Under the pieces are notes generated by a model, which was not told the origin of the DNA, ran no database searches, and saw nothing but the letters and a program-made list of their open reading frames with translations. A stretch of DNA of 64,000 bases from Macrostomum lignano (lineage: Eukaryota): positions 186,001-250,000 of the forward strand of contig NIVC01000744.1 in the NCBI GenBank assembly GCA_002269645.1, given 5' to 3'. This document shows positions 1 through 12,624 of the stretch, in pieces; position 1 is the stretch's first letter, and each line of letters starts with the position of its first letter. The position numbers were made by a program, and so were the translations under genes.

Positions 1-540
1 AAACAAGCAAAGCAGCTCGTATGCACGGGCAAAAAAGCAGAAGACACGTTTGAGCCGGCGCTGAGTCATAGAGGCAGGAAAAAGCGCTTCGTCTTCCCTC
101 TGCAACCCCTTCCTCCACTCTCGCTTTGCATTGCCACAAAGGCTTGGCCTTAGCGATAGCCATATAGGACAACCCATGGCTTTTAGCAAGGTGTGAAATG
201 CTAGCACACCTACATGATCTACTATCTATCTATCGCCCCCAGGCTCCCCACAGCCTCATCTTCTCGGTGATGATGCGGTGTTGCGTAATCGCGACTCTGC
301 CCCCCCCCCAGCTTCCCCGCAGGCTCTGCCATTCTCGCCCTCTCTTCGAATTTCTGAGCTACGAGCAGCGATGATGAGCCGGGAGCTGGGAGAGCTCAGC
401 TGCTCAAGCAGGACTGTGTAATCCCAAAGCCTGACACAGGACTCTTAATCCCAGGCTTGAATGGGACTTCATGCTGAACAAGCTGGGCTCGCCGTTTATG
501 AGCAGCATGAAAATTTCACTTTGCATCGTCAAGGGTTTTC

Positions 541-1325
541 GATTCATTTTTAGGTTTTTAGGTTTGCTAAGATTCCTTTTTAGGTTTTTAGGTTTGCTTG
601 GACTCAGTTTTTGGTTTTTAGGTTTGCTTAGATTCCTTTTTAGGTTTGCTTAGATTCCTTTTTAGGTTTTTAGGTTTGCTTAGATTCCTTTTTAGGTTTT
701 TAGGTTTGCTTAGATTCCTTTTTAGGTTTTTAGGTTTGCTCGGACTCATTTTTAGGTTTTTAGGTTTGCTTAAGATTCCTTTTTAGGTTTTTAGGTTTGC
801 TTGGACTTATTTTTAGGTTTTCAGGTTTGCTTAGATTCCTTTTTAGGTTTGCTTAGATTCCTTTTTAGGTTTTTAGGTTTGCTTAGATTCCTTTTTAGGT
901 TTTTAGATTTGCTCGGACTCATTTTTAGGTTTTTAGGTTTGCTTAGATTCCTTTTTAGGTTTTTAGGTTTGCTTGGACTCATTTTTAGGTTTTCAGGTTT
1001 GCTTAGATTCCTTTTTAGGTTTGCTTAGATTCCTTTTTAGGTTTTTAGGTTTGCTTAGATTCCTTTTTAGGTTTTTAGGTTTGCTCGGACTCATTTTTAG
1101 GTTTTTAGGTTTGCTTAAGATTCCTTTTTAGGTTTTTAGGTTTGCTTGGACTCATTTTTAGGTTTTCAGGTTTGCTTAGATTCCTTTTTAGGTTTGCTTA
1201 GATTCCTTTTTAGGTTTTTAGGTTTGCTTAGATTCATTTTTAGTTTTTAGGTTCGCTTCGATTCATTTTTACTTTTTAGGTTCGCTTCGATTCATTTTTA
1301 GCATTTTAAAGTTCGCTTCGATTCG
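541..1325. repeat. Minisatellite, about 30-bp unit (gattcctttttaggtttttaggtttgctta) with TTTAGG telomere-like cores
   Basis: Tandem periodicity read directly; 20-bp deletion variants interspersed; boundaries approximate. Confidence 0.95.
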
Positions 1326-1734
1326 TTCCCGATTCAGCAGAGAAGTGGGATTACGAGTTCCCCACGCCAGTCAGTTCTCACACTCCCTACTCACTCCAGG
1401 TGTAAACAGTTGGCCCTGAAATGATTGGCACGTGTTGCAATAATTTCTGTTCAAACCAAATCTGTCACGGAGTTGCCTCTTCAGGCGGAAAGCAAAGAAA
1501 TTTTCTTCATTTTTTATTAGCTGGGAGTTCTCAAAGCCCTGGGCAGAGGAGGCATGCGCGGCAACTGTTGCACCTTGGCTGTCCAGAGCCCAACTCTGCA
1601 GCCACTGCAGCTATCGGGAATTATTGAGTCAGCTTGCCTAAATTCGAGCGCTTTTGGGGATTTGAGACTGGAGTGCAGGATTTACTTTGAATGACACCTA
1701 TAGGAGGTGAGAAAGCACGTGGTCAGGTAATGAG

Positions 1735-1890
1735 CGGATGGGGTGAACAGGGAATGGGGATGATGGAGTGAACAGGGAATGGGGATGATGGGGTGAACAG
1801 GGAATGGGGATGATGGGGTGATCGCAGGATGGGATAAACAGGTGATGGGATAAACAGGTGATAGGATAAACCGGTGATGGGATAAACAGG
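1735..1890. repeat. Short degenerate G-rich tandem repeat (gaacagggaatggggatgatg / tgatgggataaacagg)
   Basis: Several imperfect copies visible. Confidence 0.75.
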
Positions 1891-1934
1891 AGATCGGAAA
1901 CAAGGCACAGTCATTGGATAGCCAAAAAGAGTTA

Positions 1935-2540
1935 AGTCAGAAGAGTGTCAGACAGTCAGTCAGAGTGTCACACAGTCAGTCAGAGTGTCAGACAGTCAGT
2001 CAGAGTGTCAGACAGTCAGTCAGAGTGTCAGACAGTCAGTCAGAGTGTCACACAGTCAGTCAGAGTGTCAGACAGTCAGTCAGAGTGTCAGACAGTCAGT
2101 CAGAGTGTCACACAGTCAGTCAGAGTGTCACACAGTCAGTCAGAGTGTCAGACAGTCAGTCAGAGTGTCACACAGTCAGTCAGAGTGTCACACAGTCAGT
2201 CAGAGTGTCAGACAGTCAGTCAGAGTGTCACACAGTCAGTCAGAGTGTCAGACAGTCAGTCATAGTGTCAGACAGTCAGTAAGAGTGTCAGACAGTCAGT
2301 AAGAGTGTCAGACAGTCAGTCAGAGTGTCAGACAGTCAGTCAGAGTGTCAGACAGTCAGTCAGAGTGTCAGACAGTCAATCAGAGTGTCAGACAGTCAGT
2401 CAGAGTGTCAGACAGTCAGTCAGAGTGTCAGACAGTCAGTCAGTGTCAGACAGTCAATCAGAGTGTCAGACAGTCAGTCAGAGTGTCAGACAGTCAGTCA
2501 GAGTGTCAGACAGTCAGTCAGACTGTCAGAAAGTCAGAGT
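1935..2540. repeat. Minisatellite, 20-bp unit (cagtcagtcagagtgtcaga)
   Basis: Near-perfect tandem array; generates spurious SQSV ORFs. Confidence 0.95.
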
Positions 2541-3302
2541 CAGAGCACTGAGGACACAAGACTTTTTCAGCGCCTCACACTTTAGCTCAACTCCCCAATG
2601 CACAAGCATTACCGCAAATTGAGCAGCAAATGCAAATGGATGCTGGGCCCCGGCTTCATCTCCAGCAGTGCCGGCTGGGCCGCGGCACTCAGTCCTGGCA
2701 TTTGCAGGGTTGCAGATTAGCTGGAGCTTAGCAGCTGCTCAGCTAGGAACTCTGGCCTCTGTAGGATTAAGACCGGCCTGAGCAGTAAACCTCAGATGCT
2801 AATCCAGCCTCTGCTCCTCATCGCTGTGCCCGGCAGCAGATGTCGCGCACACGATAAGCAGGGAGGCGGAGAAACTCGCCAGTTCAGCTCTGCCCAGCGA
2901 GGGGGGGGGGCATAAAATCGATCATCGACCGCCCGCCTCTGTTTCTGAGGCCGGCTTGACAAGCCGCAGGTGCGCCGGGGAGCCTTGGCAGCCTGTCAGT
3001 CAGTCAGGTGAGACTGGCTGCTGGGCCGTCACGCTCGCGATGGAGAACTGATTGGATTCTTGGAAATGGGCCGATTTCTGCATTTGTGTTTGGGGCTTTG
3101 ATTGTCCAGTGCTGACCGGCCTGCCGGAGCCGGCCTTGGGCAGCTCTGATATCGAGCGGGGAGGGAAATCCCAACTGGGGAAGATCGAAGCCGGACTTGT
3201 CCGAGAAAGGGAATTATTGATCTGCTGGGGAACTGCGGCTGGGATGGGGAAAGGACGAAGGTAGGGCGTGGGAATACCTTCTTGCACTAGTTCTCCCCTA
3301 GG

Positions 3303-3601
<299 letters not shown>

Positions 3602-4174
3602 AGCTCGATACACTGGACTGAGAAGGCAGCCCGGGCTCAACTCCTGATAACTCTCATGCTTAAACGGTTCAACTTGCCCTTATCAATTCAACTCGCATCA
3701 ATCATTCTGTAACTTTACAAGCGAAGACTGTTTAAGCGCTTGGCTATTACGCAACTGCCAGCAACTCATTGAGTAAAGATCTGAGCATCAGCCTTACCCT
3801 TCAGCTGAAGCAAACTTTGATTGACAGGCTGTCTCTAGGGTGGCTCAGCATGGTTTTAGCCCATGTTGTCAGTTTCTGCAACTCCAACAGCAAAATTGCC
3901 CCCATGTACCTGTCTGCAATCAGTTCTGGCCATAGACTATCGCAGCCATTTTAACTCTGCTACGCAAATCCCAATGTGCTGTGCGTGGCTGTACATTCTA
4001 CTGTACACCGCATACGATCTGAGCATTCAATTTTTACAGCTTTGCTTACAAAAGTCAGCAGGCAGGCCACTTTTCGAGGACTCTGTTCAGCGTTATTCTG
4101 GTGGCTTGTCAACGTCACAGGAAACGGCTTTGTAGCGGCTTTACAATATCAGTGGCTGCCAAAATTTGAGTCCT

Positions 4175-4340
4175 GACCCTAACAATAAACTAAACCCTAA
4201 TCCTAAAACCTATCCTAAAAACTATCCTAAAACCTATCCTAAAAACTATCCTAAAACTTATCCTAAAACCCATAGTAAAACCCTATCCTAAAGCCTATCC
4301 TAAAACCTATCCTAAAACTTAAACACAACCTAAAATCTAA
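4175..4340. repeat. Degenerate 11-12 bp CCTAA(A)-rich repeat, telomere-like
   Basis: ccctaa/cctaaaacctat copies. Confidence 0.8.
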
Positions 4341-4994
4341 CCTAAACCTAACCTAAACAGAGTGCAGTCATGTCTATAAAGTCAAGAAGAAACACAAGAA
4401 ACGCAGTGCGAGATTTCAGTTAAAACAAAAATAAAATTTGGCTCCACAGCGCAGGCAGCTGGGCCTGCAGTGCGTCATCACAGACACAGAGAAGTGTTAA
4501 ACATATTGAAAAATATCGCGGCTCCGGTAATTAGAAATAAATAAATGACTGTTAAAAATGAGCAGAAATTTTGTTAGAAAATCACAATTCGCAACTTAGT
4601 GAGCGGGGCCACTCAGGCTCCATGGAGAGACTGGCAGCTTGGATTGATGGAGCGCATTTTAATTTAAAGTCATTTTCTCACAAACACGAGGCCAGACATG
4701 GATTCGCCAATAGAGAAAGTGCACACTAGTAAATCCATGCTCTAACGCGATAAGAAAGTACATTATGAACTTCTTTGCGTCTGTTATCAAGCGGCAAAGC
4801 GGTTGCCAGGCGCTTGACAGTTTCTTTAAATTGATTGCAAGCAAGTCAGTGCGGGCCTTTGCTATTCCATTTCTATTTATTTTGGGCAGTCCAGCGAAAG
4901 ATGACTGGCGCGGCGCGTGCGAGCTACTTCAAGTAGTTTTCTAGCTCGTAAATGAAATCTTTAGACTAAAGGAGTTGCGATCATGTAAAGAGAC

Positions 4995-5345
4995 AGGAGT
5001 CGGAGTGGGTCAGCGAGAGTCAGAGTGGGTCGGGGAGAGTCGGAGTGGGTCAGCGAGAGTCAGAGTGGGTCGGGGAGAGTCAGAGTGGGTCGGGGAGTGT
5101 CAGAGTGGGTCGGGGAGAGTCAGAGTGGGTCGGGGAGAGTCAGAGTGGGTCGGGGAGAGTCAGAGTGGGTCGGGGAGTGTCAGAGTGGGTCGGGGAGAGT
5201 CAGAGTGGGTCGGGGAGAGTCAGGGTGGGTCAGGGAGAGTCAGGTGGGTCAGGGTGGGTCAGGGATAGTCAGGTGGGTCAGGGAGAGTCAAAGTGGGTCA
5301 GGGTGGGTCAGATGGGTCAGGGTGGGTCAGGGAGAGTCAGAGTGA
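4995..5345. repeat. Minisatellite, 20-bp unit (gagagtcagagtgggtcggg)
   Basis: Tandem array decaying at its 3' end. Confidence 0.92.
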
Positions 5346-5492
5346 CTGTAGACAGTGAGCTAAAAAGCTACTCATAGTAGCCCGGGCGGCAAAACTGGAC
5401 ACAAAAAGCTGGCTGCAGAGTCCGCACGCTCTCATCCCGCGCCGCGGTAGGCAGGCGGGCTCACTATGGGTGGCACCGGGCAGCTGGGCAGC

Positions 5493-5975
5493 TCAAACTG
5501 CTGTGTGGGTGGCGCTGCTCCGCACCATCGGGTGGCCCAGCAGGTCCGCTGCCGACGGCCGTGCGGTGGGCACCTTCTGGACGCAGGCGCCGTAGAAGGC
5601 GTGCAGCGATTTGGACAACTTTGGCGGCAGGCGTGGCATCGGCTTGTTGCAGATAGCGAACATCACGGCGTTGATGGTCTTCTTGTCGGCGTTGGGTGCC
5701 GCCCCGGTGGCCATCTCGAAGACGGTGCAGCCTAGCGACCAGATGTCCGACTTGTCCGTGAAGTTGCCTCCGTCCAGAATCTCCGGCGGGATAAAGCATG
5801 GCGTGCCGACCACTTCGGTTGCGTTGGCAGCCATCGAGGCTGCGATCTCCTTGGCGAGGCCGAAGTCGATCAGCTTGATGACGCCCTCGTTGGTCAGCAT
5901 GACGTTGGAGCACTTCAGGTCCCGGTGCAGCACCGGGGGGCTCCGGGTGTGGATATAGTCCAGGGCGCTGCAGAT
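5493..5975 (-). CDS. Ankyrin-repeat/MAP3K-like kinase gene, exon 3 (kinase C-lobe to stop)
   Basis: HRDLKCSN catalytic loop, [27 protein letters not shown]; acceptor cccgcag|ATC joins FTRQ|ICSALDYIH in phase 0; TGA at 5493-5495. Confidence 0.92.
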   Translation of the reverse strand: MCSALDYIHTRSPPVLHRDLKCSNVMLTNEGVIKLIDFGLAKEIAASMAANATEVVGTPCFIPPEILDGGNFTDKSDIWSLGCTVFEMATGAAPNADKKTINAVMFAICNKPMPRLPPKLSKSLHAFYGACVQKVPTARPSAADLLGHPMVRSSATHTAV

Positions 5976-5997
5976 CTGCGGGGCTGCCATTCTGCTG

Positions 5998-6482
5998 AAT
6001 TAGCTGATCTACAGCTGATCTACAGCTGATCTACAGCTGATCTACAGCTGATCGAAAGCTGATCGAAAGCTGATCGAAAGCTGATCTACAGCTGATCGAA
6101 AGCTGATCGAAAGCTGATCTACAGCTGATCGAAAGCTGATCGAAAGCTGATCGAAAGCTGATCGAAAGCTGATCGAAAGCTGATCGAAAGCTGATCTACA
6201 GCTGATCTACAGCTGATCTACAGCTGATCTAAAGCTGATCTACTGCTGATCTACAGCTGATCTACAGCTGATCTACAGCAGATCTAAAGCTGATCTACTG
6301 CTGATCTACAGCTGATCTACAGCTGATCTACAGCAGATCTAAAGCTGATCTACTGCTGATCTACTGCTGATCTAAAGCTGATCTACTACTGATCTAAAGC
6401 TGATCTACAGCTGATCTACAGCTGATCTACAGCTGATCTACAGCTGATCTACAGCTGATCTACAGCTGATCTACAACTGATC
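5998..6482. repeat. Intronic minisatellite, 11-bp unit (agctgatctac/agctgatcgaa)
   Basis: Fills most of intron 5976..6514. Confidence 0.95.
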
Positions 6483-6514
6483 TCCATGCATAAGTAATCC
6501 ACAGAGATCTCTAC

Positions 6515-7841
6515 CTGTCTGGTGAAGTTGGCGATGCCGTCCTCAGAGAACACCCCGTACTCCTCCAGAATGCCGGCCAGGCTGTTCCCCGACAGCAGCT
6601 CCGTGAAGATGCAGAAGTTGCCCTGGTGGTCCCGGTCGGTCTTCAAGAACTTCAGGATGTTGCGGTGGTTCAGCCGGCTGAGCAGCCGGACGCCTTTCTC
6701 CTCGTTGCGGATGGCGCGCTGAAGCTGCTGAGGGCTGGCGTTGGCGGACAGCTTCACCACTTTGACGGCCACGAACTGGTTTCTGTCGGTGAAGGCCCGG
6801 TACACCGCGCCAAAGGAGCCGGACCCGATGGGCCGGTCGTTCTTCTTGATCTTCCACGCCTTGAAGGGCTGGATGGCGCACGAGACGCCCTCGCTGGAGG
6901 AGGAGCCGTTGCTGGGGTTGCTTGGCGACCAGTGCAGGTTCAGCCACTGCTGCTGCTGGGCTTGAAGCAGCGGCTGCTGCTGCAGAATCTGCTGATGAAG
7001 AAGCTGCAGTTGCTCCAGCTGCTTCTGCTGCTGTTGGATGATCAGCTGCTGCTGCTGTTGCTGCTGTGGGCTGAGCTGGCCCGCCTGCCGATGCGGCCGC
7101 ACGCTGTGCACCCGCCGAAGTTCGGGCGTCGAAGGCCGCGACAGACCGCGCGGCGCCGCGATGGGGGGCAGCAACGCCGCCGCCGCCCGGGCCGCCTCAG
7201 CCGCCTCCGCAACTGCCGCGGCCGGCAGCGGGTGGACTCGGCGCCCGGAACTCCTTGGCGAGTTCAGCGGAGAGTCGTCTTCGCTGGCTCCGTTGTTGCA
7301 GCGGATCCTCGGGCTGCGGATGGTTCGGTATTTTGTCTGGCGCTTCGGACCCGATGGGGTCCTCGAAGTCACCGGGGTTCGAGGCATCGACATTGTTCTG
7401 GGCGAGCTTGGGGTCGACGGTTTGGAGCTGCACGGCTGTGGCGGGCTTCGAAGCTGTGCAGGCGCTTGCGGAGGCAACTCGGGGGTCAGCAGGGGCAGCT
7501 GCGGGGTCAGCAGGGGCAGCTGGGGGGTCATCGGGGGCAGCTCGGGGGTCGACGGTCGGCTGTGCAGCCACGCGACGCCCGCTTTCCGGCGTCGAAGTTT
7601 CCCTGGCAAATCCCGAGCGCCAGTCGCGGTCGCAACGGCTGCCTCCTCGGCGGGAGCCGCTCGGGAGGAGGGCGCCGGCGTGCCGTCTGCCGAAACGGTT
7701 GCGGCCGTGTCCAAGTCGGAGGACGAGTCGGTATCGTCGTACTCGGACGTGTCGGACTCGTCCGTATCTGTGTCCGAGTCGCTGATGGTGCTGGCCTGAC
7801 GGGGGGTGCTGCAGCGGCTGGCCGAGGGGAGCTCAGGCGGC
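6515..7841 (-). CDS. Ankyrin-repeat/MAP3K-like kinase gene, exon 2 (S/P/Q-rich linker + kinase N-lobe)
   Basis: GSGSFGAVY glycine loop, VAVK lysine, NILKF; donor CAG|gtagag at 6515/6514; acceptor ctgcag|G at 7842/7841 (phase 2). Confidence 0.88.
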
Positions 7842-7904
7842 CTGCAGCGGATGGGAGAGCGGTTCTGGTGTTGCAACACTGGTGTGTTCTGGTGTTCAAA
7901 AATG

Positions 7905-8530
7905 ATACAGAGGTGAGATTCCAAGGGGCACAGAGGTGAGATTCTAGAAGACACAGAGGTGAGATTCCAGAGAACACAGAGGTGAGATTCCAGAGGACAC
8001 AGAGGTGAGATTCAAAGGGGCACAGAGGTGAGATTCCAGAGAACACAGAGGTGAGATTCCAGAGGACACAGAGGTGAGATTCCAGAGGACACAGAGGTGA
8101 GATTCCAAGGGGCACAGAGGTGAGATTCCAGAGGACACAGAGGTGAGATTCCAGAGGGCACAGAGGTGAGATTCCAGAGAACACAGAGGTGAGATTCGAG
8201 AGGACACAGAGGTGAGATTCCAAGGGGCACAGAGGTGAGATTCAAAGGGGCACAGAGGTGAGATTCCAGAGGACACAGAGGTGAGATTCCAGAGAACACA
8301 GAGGTGAGATTCCAGAGGGCACAGAGGTGAGATTCCAGAGAACACAGAGGTGAGATTCCAGAGAACACAGAGGTGAGATTCTAGAGAACACAGAGGCGAG
8401 ATTCCAGAGAACACAGAGGCGAGATTCCAGAGAACACAGAGGTGAGATTCTAGAGAACACAGAGGTGAGATTCCAAGGGGCACAGACGTGAGATTCCAGT
8501 GGACACAGAGGTGAGATTCCAGAGAACCCA
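7905..8530. repeat. Intronic minisatellite, 23-bp unit (acacagaggtgagattccagaga)
   Basis: Tandem array inside intron 7842..8766. Confidence 0.95.
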
Positions 8531-8549
8531 GGGGTGACCACTCTCAGAA

Positions 8550-8705
8550 GGACACAGGTGGCAACCCCATAATGTACATATCGGCTACTAATAAAGACAC
8601 AGATGGCAACCCCATAATGTACATAGCGGCTACTAACAAAGACACAGGTGGCAACCCCCTAATGTACATATCGGCTACTAACAAAGACACAGCTGGCAAC
8701 CCCCC
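8550..8705. repeat. About 45-bp unit tandem repeat, about 3.5 copies (gacacagatggcaaccccataatgtacatatcggctactaataaa)
   Basis: Direct copies visible at about 8551, 8596, 8641, 8686. Confidence 0.85.
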
Positions 8706-8766
8706 GCAGGACACAAAGGACCACTGTCATACCTAACTGAAAAAAGACTCCTCTCGCTAACTTCAC

Positions 8767-9485
8767 CTGTCCTTCTGCAGCTTGCTGAGGAAGCTGGCAG
8801 CCTCATCCTGGCTGAACCGCACGGCCACCTGCAGCGCGGTGCCGAGGCTGCACCGCTGGGCTGCCACGGTGGCACCTCTCGTGACCAGCAGGCGCAGCAT
8901 CTCGACGTGGCCCAGGCGGGCCGCCAGGGTGAAGGGGGTGTGGCAGTCCGCCTGCCGGCTGGCCGCAATGTCCAGCCGGGCTCCGAACTCCACCAGCAGG
9001 CGGGCGAAGTCCAGGTGGTTCCGCTCGCAGGCCAGGTGCATGGCGGTGTAGCCGGTGTCCCGCTGCAGGTCCGTGTCCGCCCCGGCCCGCAGGAGCTGCT
9101 CGCCGACTGTCCGGTGGCCCAGCGCGGTGCACAGCATCAGCGGGGTCCGCCGAACTCTGTCACGAGCGTCGACATTTGCCTGAGCGTCAATGAGGGCGGC
9201 AACGGCGGCGGAGGCGTTCTCCCTGGCCGCGATGTGCAGCGCCGAGGCTCCGGACTCGCTGTCGGAGTCGTCCAGCCTGGCGCCGGCCTTCAGCAGCAGG
9301 CGGATCATGTCGGGCAGGTTGGCCCAGGCCGCGCGCATCAGCGGCGTCATTCTGTGCTTGTCGGAGTCGCGGCCGTTCACATCAACGTGGCTCTGGCGGA
9401 GCAGCTCGCCGACGCGGCCGAGGTCGTTCTGGGCGACGCAGCGGAACAGCGCCTGCTGCTGGCGCTGCGGGGACTCGGCCAGCAT
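8767..9485 (-). CDS. Ankyrin-repeat/MAP3K-like kinase gene, exon 1 (about 7 ankyrin repeats)
   Basis: TPLMRAA, SALHIAA, TPLMLC, TAMHLAC, TPFTLAA ankyrin motifs; donor GAC AG|gtgaag (phase 2) matches the phase-2 acceptor at 7841; joined CDS is 2529 nt = 843 codons. The start codon may lie further upstream. Confidence 0.85.
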
Positions 9486-10164
9486 GTCCGGGAGGGTCTC
9501 AGAGCCGGATCTGCCTCTGCGTCCCTCTGTCTCTTCTGCTCTGACTCACCTGCTTTGGGAGCAGCCTTTTTTGCTTTGCCCGACTGGTTGAATTTTGCTT
9601 TTTTTTCTGGCGTCTGAGCCAACCTGAGAGCCCGAGTCCCATGCGCTCAGAGGTTGTGCAACTCCCCACTGCCCTATCTGCGGCCTACCAGGCCTCTCTA
9701 ACCATATCAGCCTTCGGACCTGCGCTCGGATCGGATAGGCCACTGCGACCTTCGCTGAGTCCCGAGTACTTTCTGCCCCCGGCTCTGCTTTGCCTGCCTG
9801 CTCTTCTGCCCCGCAGCGACAGCACTACCGGTTGCTGCCGGATAAGCCGCTCTCCCGCCCTCCCCACTCCTCTAGGAGCGCAGAAGCGAACGTCGGGGTC
9901 AGCCAAACAGTCAGTATTACGGCGGTATCTGCAGTACAGACTCAGAAGTGCTCTGAACTCCTGCTCAGCTCACTACTGCTGGCACAGCAACCTCACTGAG
10001 TGAAAGATTTTTTCAAGTTCAAATTTATTGACTTGTTTTCAGTTCAGCTGCGTCACTGCTGTGTGCTATTTATTCATGAATGACTTGAATATGAGTAAGA
10101 CGGCTAGAGCAGCAATAAAAGCACTTCAGTTTACATGAGTTCTAATTGAAAATAAATAGAACGC

Positions 10165-10520
10165 AATGGTGAGCACACCTGATGAGCACACCTGGTGAGC
10201 ACACCTGATGAGCATACCTGATGAGCACACCTGGTGAGCACACCTGATGAGCATACCTGATGAGCACACCTGGTGAGCACACCTGATGAGCATACCTGAT
10301 GAGCATACCTGATGAGCACACCTGATGAGCATACCTGATGAGCATATCTGATGACTGCTGAGCACACCTGATGAGCACACCTGATGAGCACACCTGATGA
10401 GCACACCTGATGAGCATATCTGATGACTGCTGAGCACACCTGATGAGCATTCTGATGAGTGATGAGCACACCTGCTGAGCATATCTGATGAGTGATGAGC
10501 ACACCTGATGAGCACACCTA
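10165..10520. repeat. Minisatellite, 13-bp unit (cacctgatgagca)
   Basis: Tandem array. Confidence 0.93.
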
Positions 10521-10884
10521 AACTATAAGTTTTACAATTGCCTTTAAATTGAAATCCTTGAAATTTTCTGCAATCACAAAGCAAAATTTATTTCAAATTC
10601 TTTGCCATACTACTTGTTAGTAAGCAATGATATCTCACGGAAAATATAATACAAGCATAATGCTTCATAAAAATATGCGCAGATAGCTTTGATCAGATCT
10701 GAATGCCAGGTTCTCTGGCTGTCAGGCTCAGGTCAGACCGCATTATCGCCGTTAATCAGGCACTCCTGACCAAAGTTAATTGTCTCAGCCAGCTGGCACA
10801 CGCAGGGAATGTTGGTCTGGGTGTGGCGCTGCACCCTCGGTCTCGGCAGCTTGTGCCTCAGCAGCCAGTTGCAGTACTGCGAGC

Positions 10885-11295
10885 TGTAGCTCAGGAACAG
10901 GAACTTGGCCAAAGCCTGCGGGATTCCCGTTATAGGATTCTATTTTTAGCATCAGTAGAAGTCTATAGCAGGAGCTGAGGAGCAGGAACTTGGCTAAGGC
11001 CTGAGGGATTCCCGGTATATGATTCTATTTTTAGCACCAGTAGAAGTCTATAGCAGGAGCTGAGGAGCAGGAACTTGGCTAAGGCCTGAGGGATTCCCGG
11101 TATATGATTCTATTTTTAGCTTCAGTAGAAGTCTATAGCAGGAGCTGAGGAGCAGGAACTTGGCCAGGGCCTGCGGGATTCCCGGTAAAGGATTCTATTT
11201 TTAGTATCAGTGGAAGTCTGTAGCTGGAGCTGAGGAGCAGGAACTTGGCTAAGGCCTGAGGGTTGATTCCCAGTATAGGATTCTATTTTTAGCAA
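10885..11295. repeat. Tandem repeat, 85-bp unit, between 4 and 5 copies
   Basis: ggagctgagg recurs at 10971, 11056, 11141, 11226. Confidence 0.92.
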
Positions 11296-12480
11296 GAGTA
11301 GGACACCCAACTATAGCTTCTGGATATTTTTGTACGTTTTTTGCTCAAACTGATTGCCGATATGTATCCAAATAAGTATTGTAGCTCATAGGCCTTAATC
11401 GGCATTAGAACAATGAACTGTAAGAGGCCATGGTATTCTAGGTGCAACAAGATGCTCATCATCTAGAGTTTGGATTGGAAAGCCTCGCAACGAACTGAGC
11501 CCCACCGCCTACCCCAGCTGCCCTGGGCCTTTCAACCTGTCAGCTCAGATCTCTTTTCCGCCGTGGGATCCGAGCGGATCAGCGCGGGGCCCTGCCGGCT
11601 GTGAGAGGCGGGAAAAATAGATATCGGCATCAGGGAGGGGGTAAATCTCCCCACCAAAGCCTCCAGGATCCTCTCTTCCCCTTTACTGCCCGCGCCAACC
11701 CCCCTCAACCACCGCTCATCATCGAGAAAAAGGAAAAAGTGCGCCCGAGATGAATGAATTGGCTGAGCAGAGCAGAGCTAGCGTATTCCGACAAGGAGAG
11801 CTGGAACCAGGAATCTGGATTGCCAAGTCTACTCTGAAGCCTTCAAGTAGTTTAATCTATCATGAATTCTTTAAGCTTGGCCTCAGATCAAGGCTGAAAC
11901 AATTCTGTGCACTTGAGAAGAAACTCATTGCATTCAAAGCAGAAAGCTATGAGCAACAGTTTGATTGACATAGAAAGTTTTGATGCAGAAAAGATTTTTA
12001 TTTAGAATCAGGGATCAAAATAAATGAAAGCTTTTGACTAGCAGGGATCCCGGCAAAAGCCGTGAGAACTGCAGGGAAGTCGGCCGCTCCCGCCCCAACC
12101 TAGCTCAAGGCCTCCTTGACTCTCGCTGACCGGCAGCTCGCAGCCTCTACTCGGGAAATTAACACTCGCCCAGGGACCGCAAGCTGGAGAGTTTATTGAG
12201 AAGCCGCCTTCCCCCCGAGCAGGATGGGGCGGTGAGGCTGGGCTGGGCATTGCGTGAGCTTCGCTCGACCTGCTCGGTGCTTCATCAGCCGAGCTGCTGC
12301 TGCTGCGCGTGTTTTCGCATCCGAATTTCCTGACGAGACTCAGCCTTTGACCTTCTGCCCAGAAACTTCATTTTTTTGCTCTTTGATCCACAACTGCCGC
12401 GATTGATGGGATGCCCGGCTTCCTCATTCGTACGGGGGAATTGAGCTGCTTTGATGTGGGATTATTGATCCGCAATAGGA

Positions 12481-12591
12481 TTAACATGCCGACTCGGGTG
12501 GTCTGTGAGCTCGAGTGGCCTTGTGGCTGATCCCCGCTGCTGTCGTGTCCTGCAGCCTGCGCCCTGCCCGCTCCGCCCCCTCAGCACTCGT
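12481..12591 (-). CDS. Candidate terminal exon of the TMEM268-like gene
   Basis: Acceptor gcag|ACG in phase 0, TAA at 12481-12483, AATAAA on the minus strand near 11997-12002; no homology support. Confidence 0.3.
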   Translation of the reverse strand, partial: TSAEGAERAGRRLQDTTAAGISHKATRAHRPPESAC

Positions 12592-12624
12592 CTGCCTAAA
12601 TGACTGCTGTCAGCGAATCTTCTC

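Noticed and set aside
3640-4175. Short ORFs between the GATA and CCTAA repeats
   Set aside because: No motif or splice support; likely non-coding or an unrecognisable TE remnant
10165-10520. Array containing repeated CTGATGAG, the 5' half of a hammerhead core
   Set aside because: No GAAA box or stem II/III pairing follows, so it is not a ribozyme
10885-11295. CRISPR-like appearance of the 85-bp and other repeats
   Set aside because: Units are contiguous with no unique spacers, there are no cas genes, and the context is eukaryotic
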